Shown here piece by piece: positions 56,492-64,000 of a stretch of 64,000 nt of DNA. Source of the DNA: Myxococcota bacterium (GTDB lineage Bacteria; Myxococcota_A; SURF-8); the NCBI GenBank assembly GCA_965140415.1, contig OZ223209.1:2144001-2208000 (forward strand). The letters are read 5' to 3'. The first letter of the stretch is position 1; the number at the start of each line of letters is the position of its first letter. The notes under the pieces were generated by a model that searched no databases, was not told where the DNA came from, and saw only the letters and a list, made by a program, of their open reading frames with translations. Made by a program: the position numbers and the translations under genes.

Positions 56492-57271
56492 TCAGGGTTT
56501 CAACGCTCGGGTGGCGAAAAAGCTGGGGCAGTGGTTATCCATGGGTTCCTCGGAATTGCGCGCACCCCAGTAGTCCTCGTAAAAGCCGATCAGGTGAAAT
56601 CCGGCGGCCAGTTGCCCGCCGAGTTGGGTTTCCAGCGTATGACTGAATTCCACCGGTGAATCCTTGCCGAACCAGCGAATGCGGTCCTCTTCCGAAATGC
56701 TGGTAAGATCCGAATAGGGTTGCTGATGCCGTAATTGCAGCACGCCTTTTCTGCGCTGGTCTTCATCGAACAGGAAGGTGATCGGGTAGGCCATTCCCGC
56801 AATCAAGCTGCCGCCATGGCGCAGCACGCGGAAGGCTTCTTTCCAGACCGGCAGGACATCCGCCGCAAAACAGTTGCTCACCGGATGAACGATGAAGTCG
56901 AAACTCTCATCTTTAAAGGCCGACAAATCCGCCATGTCGCCCTGTACGCAGCGAATGTCCAGCCTGTCCCGTTTAGACACCATGCGATCCCGATCCAGTT
57001 GGCTGGGGCAATTGTCGAAGACCGTCACTCGCGCTCCGGCGGCTGCCAGTATCGGTCCCTGCTGACCGCCGCCCGAAGCCAGGCAGAGCACGTTGCTGCC
57101 TTTCAATTCGGGGTACCAGTCCTTCGGGACTTTTTTCACAGGAGTCAACACCAGCGACCAGTCGCCGTTTCTGGCGGCGGCGATCTGTTCCGAAGTCACG
57201 GGAATGGTCCAGGGATTGCCTTGCTCGACTTCCAGGTTCCAGGCGTTGCGATTGTGTTCGAGAATGTCCAT
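56492..57271 (-). CDS. Class I SAM-dependent methyltransferase
   Basis: VLCLASGGGQQ, GDM, FD, RVLRHGG. Confidence 0.92.
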   Translation of the reverse strand: MDILEHNRNAWNLEVEQGNPWTIPVTSEQIAAARNGDWSLVLTPVKKVPKDWYPELKGSNVLCLASGGGQQGPILAAAGARVTVFDNCPSQLDRDRMVSKRDRLDIRCVQGDMADLSAFKDESFDFIVHPVSNCFAADVLPVWKEAFRVLRHGGSLIAGMAYPITFLFDEDQRRKGVLQLRHQQPYSDLTSISEEDRIRWFGKDSPVEFSHTLETQLGGQLAAGFHLIGFYEDYWGARNSEEPMDNHCPSFFATRALKP

Positions 57272-57815
57272 TATATTCTGCCTTTATGCTTCGAGGCTCA
57301 TTATTCTGCAAGAGGGCGCTTGAAGCGCTTGTAAATTTCTCCGGCCATCATGCTGGAGCGTTCGATCATTTCATCAGGAAAGATTGTCTTGTTTATCCTA
57401 TCCGAAAGGCGTGATGAGCCAAGCTTTTTTTAGACGTGTAGCGAAAGGTGAAAGGAAGGCAGGTCAACCGACCGAGTCTGCCTATTATCGAGTACGAAGT
57501 GGATGCCTTGAATCGTCGTAGTGGCAGGTTCGAGGATGGGGTTGCCCGCTCCGATGGAGCGTGGCCCCCGCCATGTTCTGCATGTTTTGGTCGGGTCTCC
57601 TGACCCGACACCTATCCTTCTACTGGAGAATGAACCTCGTCTTGTTACACATGTTTCCCGCATTCAGCATTCAGTTTCAACTAGACTTCTCCATCCCTGT
57701 CTGATAGAATTTCACAAAATTACAAACAATGTCAGGTAAAGCGTTGCGGTGCATGCAAGTGGGGTTGTATAGCATGCTGGTTATACTTCCATCCAAAATG
57801 AAGGAGAAGGATGAC

Positions 57816-58634
57816 ATGCGATTTCAAGCGATGATTTTAAGCGCAGGGATTCTGGTTTTGCTGATCTTGTCCGCCTGTTCCAGTGACTCCGATGCAGGAA
57901 ATATCGCGAAGGAATTGGCGGATCGGTTGACTGACGCTCTGGATTTCGATGGTGGCGATGTCGTTGATGAACTGCCTCCCGATGAACATGCCGGGGATAA
58001 TGCCTATCCGCAGATGCAGGCTGTTTCTGGTCCAAACTCCCTTGCGGAAGGTGCCTCTTTTGTTTTAACGCTCACTGGCGCGTCTGACGCAACGGAAATG
58101 ATTTCCGGTGCCGCACTTTACGTTGAACCGGCGGACAAGCATATCCGAGTCGAGAAAAGCGCCGGTGCAGACGGAGTGCTGGAACTGACGGCGACGTTTA
58201 CCGGAGGCTCCGAATTGCAGGGAGAAGAGTTCAGTATTAAGTGTGCCTTGCTGGATGCGGATGGCTTGGCGGGAAACTACCTGGTATGGGAAACCAGCGT
58301 GCCCAAGGAAAACAATGAAGAGAGTTACAACTGCGAAGAAAACGGATTCGATTGTACGGATGAACGCGCCGATCAAGTGAACGCAGAGTTTGAAAATGCC
58401 TTCAATGTCTGTGAACCGGGATGTGCGGATCAGCCAGATGCCTGTGTCTGCGCGTGCTATACGGATTATTTCGATGCGGTGACGCAAGTGGAACACGAAG
58501 AGTGTTTTGGTTGCTTGCGCTATGCAGAAGGTATTTCGGATACGCCGGAAACTGCACGTCAGGAAGCTGCCGAGGGCTGGGTAGGGCTCCAAGACGTTGT
58601 GGATGTTGTTTGTCAGGAGGAAGCCGCCCGCTGA
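57816..58634 (+). CDS. Hypothetical lipoprotein with Cys-rich C-terminus
   Basis: AAGGAG RBS region; lipobox LSAC followed by SSDSD. Confidence 0.75.
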   Translation: MRFQAMILSAGILVLLILSACSSDSDAGNIAKELADRLTDALDFDGGDVVDELPPDEHAGDNAYPQMQAVSGPNSLAEGASFVLTLTGASDATEMISGAALYVEPADKHIRVEKSAGADGVLELTATFTGGSELQGEEFSIKCALLDADGLAGNYLVWETSVPKENNEESYNCEENGFDCTDERADQVNAEFENAFNVCEPGCADQPDACVCACYTDYFDAVTQVEHEECFGCLRYAEGISDTPETARQEAAEGWVGLQDVVDVVCQEEAAR

Positions 58635-58710
58635 TAGTGTAACCCTGATTTGGGTTTATGGGGGGGACGACGGGTGGCCTTGACAAGCCGTGACCGTTGA
58701 AAACACGAAT

Positions 58711-58799
58711 GTGTGGCATGGGCTAAGCGCAGCTTGCCCATGGGCTTTAATATGAACACGGACAAGCTCCATTTCACTCCGCTTTGACACGTACCACCC
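58711..58799. repeat. REP-like palindromic element, family B, copy 2
   Basis: Same-strand homologue of 49873-49961. Confidence 0.8.
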
Positions 58800-58857
58800 A
58801 TTTTTTCAGGTCGCCCTTCACCTAACCTAAAATCAGGTACCCCGGCTTTCTCAGATT

Positions 58858-58907
58858 CACAAGTGGTCACAACCGGCCACAAGTAACCACAACTAGCCAC
58901 AACCAAC
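58858..58907. repeat. Five CACAA motifs at an exact 10-bp period
   Basis: CACAAgtggt CACAAccggc CACAAgtaac CACAActagc CACAAccaac. Confidence 0.75.
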
Positions 58908-59159
58908 CGGTGACACACAGTAAAAAACCGGAATTGACATGGCAAACGCGCAGATGGGCCTGTCGGCCAGCTTTGAACCGTTTATTTACGAATGATGCTG
59001 AAATCCAAGTGGTCATCTACGGTCATTTAGTGTGGTTTTCGTACGTGTGGTGCCACTTCGTGTAACAGCCGGGCTGCTCGGGTGATTTTTCCCGACAATT
59101 CACATTAGACGGCGGACGCGCTGCATCCGACCTGTGGGTGGCTTAACCTTACGAAAAGA

Positions 59160-59768
59160 TTAGAAATAGTAGTGGATGGCCATGCCGCCTAGCAGGTTGT
59201 CTCCGCTGATACCGACAGCAAAACCCTGTTGGAACCGCACGGTAATGCCCAAATCCGCACTGATGGCGAAGTTGTCCATCAAAAAGATTTCGGGAGACAG
59301 ACCCAGCCCAACGGCGATTCCGAAGTTGGAGTTGTACGGTCCTTCCGGATGGTCCAGCGTGGCGCTTTGCTTTTGGATATGCAAAGTCAGAAATAGGCCG
59401 AAGTTGGCGTTTTCGGTTTTGGCGAAGTTGTAAATGCCTTTCAGATCCAGCGCGAAAGCCCAGAAACCGGAAGTGTCTTCGACGTCGGAATCGATGGTAG
59501 CTTCGGCATTGGCATACATGAAACCGATCACACCGGCGATGGCCCAGTCGTTATTGATCCAGTATTTCAGCGAAATACCCAGCTGCGGCGATTTCTTGCT
59601 GTTCGGAGTTGAGTCCACGCTTCCGATTCCGAGCGTTTCAGCACTAAGGGTATTATCAAGACCCAATCCGAAACGACCGGCGACATCCTTTGCCTGAGCG
59701 GCGGAAGTCCAAAGCAGGCTGAGTCCCAAAACAAGCAGGACAATAGATACACGATGGCTTCTGTACAT
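59160..59768 (-). CDS. Small outer-membrane beta-barrel protein
   Basis: Signal peptide (AQA-K), alternating hydrophobic strands, terminal HYYF. Confidence 0.75.
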   Translation of the reverse strand: MYRSHRVSIVLLVLGLSLLWTSAAQAKDVAGRFGLGLDNTLSAETLGIGSVDSTPNSKKSPQLGISLKYWINNDWAIAGVIGFMYANAEATIDSDVEDTSGFWAFALDLKGIYNFAKTENANFGLFLTLHIQKQSATLDHPEGPYNSNFGIAVGLGLSPEIFLMDNFAISADLGITVRFQQGFAVGISGDNLLGGMAIHYYF

Positions 59769-60091
59769 GCGGTTCCTCGCTACGCAAATGTCCGAATTCC
59801 ACAAGATCCGGGGGACTATAGCCCACTGCCGGGACCGAAGTAAAGAATTTTCCTGTAGGTCTTTTTCATAACAAGAAAGAATGGGAAACATTCATTGATT
59901 TTCTTGATCCGAACCCGTATAGTCTTCAACCAATCGGATACGGGACGAATCGGGAGGCTCTTTGCCCGGTTCGAGTGACAGTTCATGTGGGCATCTGCGA
60001 TCTCAAGGTGGTGTGCCCCGCATCGCAGCTTGGCGTCGGATTCCGGCGCGGGGTACGAGCGAAGGTTCTCGTACAAAATGGAGGAAGAAGC

Positions 60092-60733
60092 ATGTCGAAT
60101 TCGAATGGTACAGACCGTGGAAAAGCGTGTACGATCTGGTTTACCGGATTAAGCGGCGCAGGTAAAACGACGTCCAGCTCGATTGTGGTGGACTATATCC
60201 GCTCGTTGGGATTGAAGATCGAACACTTAGACGGTGATGTGATTCGAACGAATCTGAGTAAAGGATTGGGATTTTCGAAGGAAGACCGGGACACCAACAT
60301 TCTGCGCATCGGCTGGGTCTGCGAAGTGCTTACGCGCAACGGCGTTTTCGCCTGTGCCTCGGCCATTTCGCCATATAAATCTATCCGCCAGCAAATTCGC
60401 AGTAAAATCGGTGACTTCGTGATGGTGCACTGCGATGCGCCCTTGGATGTTTTGGAAGCTCGCGATGTAAAGGGCTTATATAAGAAGGCGCGTGCCGGAG
60501 AAATCAAAAACTTCACCGGGGTCAACGATCCTTATGAAAAGCCGGAAACACCGGAAGTGCTGGTGTGTTCGGATGGCTCGGAAACTCCCGAGCAGAGCGC
60601 CGCCAAGGTGATTCGTACTCTGGAACTATTGGGATACATTCCCGCCGTGCGTGGAAAAGATCCGGTAAACGAAAAAATGGAACGCGAAATCCGCGACCGG
60701 CTGGAACAGCTTGGAAAGAAAACGGTATTATAG
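60092..60733 (+). CDS. cysC: Adenylyl-sulfate kinase
   Basis: WFTGLSGAGKTT, LDGD, LGFSKEDR, RDVKGLY, FTGVNDPYE. Confidence 0.96.
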   Translation: MSNSNGTDRGKACTIWFTGLSGAGKTTSSSIVVDYIRSLGLKIEHLDGDVIRTNLSKGLGFSKEDRDTNILRIGWVCEVLTRNGVFACASAISPYKSIRQQIRSKIGDFVMVHCDAPLDVLEARDVKGLYKKARAGEIKNFTGVNDPYEKPETPEVLVCSDGSETPEQSAAKVIRTLELLGYIPAVRGKDPVNEKMEREIRDRLEQLGKKTVL

Positions 60734-60734
60734 C

Positions 60735-61595
60735 ATGATCGATCTGCATGCACATACAACCGCCTCCGACGGTACCTGTACGCCAACCGAACTGGTGCAG
60801 GTCGCCCATCAGGCCGGACTTAAAGCCGTCGCCGTGACCGATCATGATACCGTAGACGGCGTAGCTGAAGCGATGGCCGAAGGCAAGCGGCTGGGCGTGG
60901 AAGTCGTTCCGGCGGTCGAGATCAGCATCGATTATAAAGGCCCGAAGGTCAACGGGCGTTCCGGCTGGATGCACTTACTGGTGTACGATCTGCAACTCGA
61001 TGGCCCGCTGGCTAGGGAATTGCGGGAATTGCAACTATGGCGCGCGCAGCGCAACGATCGTATCATCGCCAAGTTGAACGAACTCGGACTGGCCATCACG
61101 CTGGAGGATGTGCGGGCGGTTTCTGGCGGCGGGCAGATCGGGCGGCCTCACTTCGCCACGGCGATGCTGGAGAAGGGCTATATCAAAGAACGCCAGGAAG
61201 CGTTTGACAAGTACCTTGCCAAGGGTGCGCCCGCCTATGAAGACAAGCGCCGTTTGAGCATTGAAGATTCGCTCAAGAAAGCGCGTGCTGAAGGTGCGAC
61301 TCCGGTGCTTGCCCATCCTTTTTCGTTGGGGCTGGATGAAGCCGGACTAAAACAGCAGCTTTCACAATGGAAAGCCCTCGGCCTGCAAGGAGTGGAAGTC
61401 ATTTATCCCGAGCAGGATGCGGCGTTTCGCTCCGAACTGTCCCGGGTGGCCGTCGAACTGGAACTGATTCAAACCGGTGGTTCCGATTTCCATGGGGACA
61501 ACAAGCCCACAATTCAATTGGGGAGCGGTATCGACGGCAACGTTCAGGTGCCCGACGGTGTGCTGGATTCGTTGAGAATCTGTAAAGGTTTATAG
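60735..61595 (+). CDS. PHP domain metal-dependent phosphoesterase (YciV/TrpH-like)
   Basis: DLHAHTTASDG, TDHD, AHP, GGSDFHG. Confidence 0.93.
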   Translation: MIDLHAHTTASDGTCTPTELVQVAHQAGLKAVAVTDHDTVDGVAEAMAEGKRLGVEVVPAVEISIDYKGPKVNGRSGWMHLLVYDLQLDGPLARELRELQLWRAQRNDRIIAKLNELGLAITLEDVRAVSGGGQIGRPHFATAMLEKGYIKERQEAFDKYLAKGAPAYEDKRRLSIEDSLKKARAEGATPVLAHPFSLGLDEAGLKQQLSQWKALGLQGVEVIYPEQDAAFRSELSRVAVELELIQTGGSDFHGDNKPTIQLGSGIDGNVQVPDGVLDSLRICKGL

Positions 61596-61615
61596 CGCAC
61601 CACGAAGCTACGAAA

Positions 61616-61659
61616 AACAAACAGCGCGATTCCTGACTGTTCGGGAACGCGCCGTTTGT
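61616..61659. terminator. Probable bidirectional terminator between convergent genes
   Basis: ACAAACAGCGCGATTCCTGA...TCGGGAACGCGCCGTTTGT imperfect inverted repeat. Confidence 0.55.
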
Positions 61660-61678
61660 AACTTTATGGGTTTTGCTC

Positions 61679-62602
61679 TTACCAGTTGGTGTCTTCTTCG
61701 TAGTTGAATTCGATCAGGAAATCGCCGATCAGTTCCTTGTACAGATCTTTCAGTTCCTCATCGAACTGATTTTTCCAGTCTCCAGCAATGCCTTTGCGGA
61801 AGAAGCTCTTGTCGTTTTCCTGACCCTGCTTGCGTCCGCCGCTGATGCGTTTGAAGCTGTTCTTTTCGATGATATCGTTGATGGTTTGCACCGAGCTGTC
61901 CAACTCGAAATGCTGCGCCACTTCGGTCATCACGCCCGAACCGTCGGAAAGCATCTGTTCGTATGAAATTTCCAGGCATAAATCCGGGTCTTGGTTTTCT
62001 CGCCAGGATCGCACCCAGGCGACGAAGCCCAGCAGTGTGCGCTCGGCGAATTTCTTTAGTCCTTCTTTCAGATCCAGTTTGCTGTACAGCAGGTATTCGG
62101 GATGCCAGGGGGTCTGGCGCACGTAGAAATAATGGCTGATGGCTACATCGCGCAAATCGCGGAAAAGCACCACGTGCCGGATGTTGTTGGCTTTTAGAAC
62201 GTTGACGTTCTGCATGGAGCCGTGAATGTGCATGCGGGTGCAAATCAGCGCCTTGTTGAAATGCCGGAACAGATCGTCGGGCAGGTCGTAGTCGTGGCTG
62301 CCGCCCAGCGCCAGGGCGTGAATCGACTCGCCCGGAAAAAGCACTTCCTTGAAACCCGGATAGCAAAGCAGCATTTTCTTAAGCCAGGTCGTGCCGCTTT
62401 TCGGTAATCCGGCGACGAACAGGATGTTTTGCGGATAGCGGCCCCCGTACTTTTTGTAGCCTTGTCGTGCGTCATGAAGTTGCATGAGGTAGCGCGGATA
62501 GATCGACACCTGCTTGGCCAATCGCGCTTGGGTGGGATTGAGATGTTTGCGAGTCAGTTCTTCAAGCTGCTTCGTGCCGAATTCGAACGAGGCGATGCGC
62601 AT
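61679..62602 (-). CDS. PAPS-dependent sulfotransferase
   Basis: PKSGTTW 5'-PSB loop, RDLRDVAIS 3'-PB motif, FRKGIAGDWK. Confidence 0.93.
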   Translation of the reverse strand: MRIASFEFGTKQLEELTRKHLNPTQARLAKQVSIYPRYLMQLHDARQGYKKYGGRYPQNILFVAGLPKSGTTWLKKMLLCYPGFKEVLFPGESIHALALGGSHDYDLPDDLFRHFNKALICTRMHIHGSMQNVNVLKANNIRHVVLFRDLRDVAISHYFYVRQTPWHPEYLLYSKLDLKEGLKKFAERTLLGFVAWVRSWRENQDPDLCLEISYEQMLSDGSGVMTEVAQHFELDSSVQTINDIIEKNSFKRISGGRKQGQENDKSFFRKGIAGDWKNQFDEELKDLYKELIGDFLIEFNYEEDTNW

Positions 62603-62840
62603 GGGGTCACCCTCTTTCACCTAAATGTTAGTTCGAGCTTTGTGTTGACGATCCTTTTTGCGAATCGATGTTGCCCCTTTAAAAAGATAAAGCTCGGAAA
62701 ACAGGCCATTCCTACACGATACCGTGACATAGGTCAACTGAAATATCCGTATTGCAGCAAGTCGGAACGGATTAAAAACGTTGCATGAATTCGAGTTATG
62801 ACAAGCTGAAAATGTTCGGTGGGGTTGTTGGACTGTAGAT

Positions 62841-63746
62841 TTACAAAAACAGCAAAGCCACGCCGCCGACTGCCACAAAGGAGCCGATTACCGCCCGCAG
62901 GCTGACGTTCTCCTTAAAAATCAGAATGGCGGGTGGAATCATCAAGATCGGTACGATGGACATGATGGTCGCGGCGATTCCGGCTTCGGTATATTTGACG
63001 GCGGTCAAAGACATCGACACTCCCAGGAAGGGACCGAAAAAGGCACCGGCTCCCGTGCGTGTCATGGCGGGACGATCTTTCAATGCCGCCCAGACTCGCG
63101 GCCACCAGCCGATCACGGTGAACAGAACGGTGAATCCAATGATTCCGGCGATAATGCGGATTTGCGTCGCGGCGAAGGGATTGTTCTGGCCCATGCCGAC
63201 TTTACTGAAAACCAGTCCGATGGCCTGCCCTGTCGCACCGGCAAACGCCAGCAATAGACCAAGTGTCAGCGTTTTTCGGTCCATCGTTTGTCCTGCCGGT
63301 TTTCGCTCGAATACCACCCAGGCCACGCCGGAAATCGTGATGGCCATGCCGAGCAGGTCTTTGCCGGTCAGTTGCTCATCGAGCAAGATCCAGCCTGCGA
63401 TGGCGGAAATGGGTGGAACCAGACACATGACCAGCATGGAGAGCCGGGAGCCGATCAGGATGAAGGCTCTAAACAGGCTCAAGTCGCCGATTAAAAACCC
63501 GGCAACACCTGAGAGCGCCAGCCAGCCCCAGGCATGAGCGTCCAGATTCAGCGGCAGGGCATGTCCGCAGAAGAAAGTGCAGAACAGGGTCAATAATGCA
63601 AAGCCGATCCACAAGCGGATCAGGTTGACGGTTAATGAACCGATGCGCTTGCCGGCGGATTCGAAGGACATGGCGCTACCGACCCATAGAAAAGCCGTTG
63701 CCAGTGCTGCCAGTTCTCCCAGGTTCTCCATAATTGTTTGCTCCAC
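62841..63746 (-). CDS. DMT/EamA family transporter
   Basis: Two EamA-like repeats, about 10 TM segments. Confidence 0.9.
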   Translation of the reverse strand: MEQTIMENLGELAALATAFLWVGSAMSFESAGKRIGSLTVNLIRLWIGFALLTLFCTFFCGHALPLNLDAHAWGWLALSGVAGFLIGDLSLFRAFILIGSRLSMLVMCLVPPISAIAGWILLDEQLTGKDLLGMAITISGVAWVVFERKPAGQTMDRKTLTLGLLLAFAGATGQAIGLVFSKVGMGQNNPFAATQIRIIAGIIGFTVLFTVIGWWPRVWAALKDRPAMTRTGAGAFFGPFLGVSMSLTAVKYTEAGIAATIMSIVPILMIPPAILIFKENVSLRAVIGSFVAVGGVALLFL

Positions 63747-64000
63747 TATGAATAGACGTCTTACACGGCCGGCTTTGAGCCTTCACCGGTTATCGAAGGG
63801 AGAGTGTACGCCGGTTTTTTAGAAAGGCAAACGCTTCTATTTCGTTTTTAGGATTTCCAAGGCGGAAAATTCGGATTGATGCCTGGTTCGCGTGTTTGGA
63901 GTTATCTATGAAACTGTGCTATGCTTATATTCGGATGGATTGGATTTGTTTGTAGATGAAAAGGAGAGACGCGTGAGCGCAAGAGAACGCCAGGATATCC

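Overview
Bacterial chromosomal window, probably from a deltaproteobacterium or Myxococcota-like organism (inferred from gene content and the Cys-rich/DGD-repeat lipoproteins). About 1-13950 is an AT-richer integration hotspot. It holds a STAND/NACHT-type NTPase running off the left edge (missing from the ORF track), a 2058-aa lipoprotein-anchored RHS protein with an acidic tail, several DGD-repeat lipoproteins, two stacked tRNA-Leu 3'-end att-like repeats with arm-type tandem repeats, and a tyrosine-integrase remnant. 14025-26390 is a sigma54-controlled operon (receiver protein, porin, TauE transporter, membrane protein, Tat-less PsrA/PhsA-like molybdoenzyme, 4Fe-4S subunit, GltD-like flavoprotein) plus its NtrC-type regulator and sensor kinase. 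26477-28724 is mobile debris: a group II intron 3' remnant, a JAB-domain fragment and an ISKra4-like transposase. The rest is mostly backbone (TPR proteins, nitrilase, RppH, ferritin-like pair, PpiD/SurA, orphan flagellin-like gene, Fic, ispH, leuS, radical SAM, SpoIID, DUF89, cysC, PHP, sulfotransferase, EamA) with dispersed REP/MITE-like palindromic repeats. No CRISPR array, rRNA or complete tRNA was seen. All family calls come from motif recognition by eye, not database searches.
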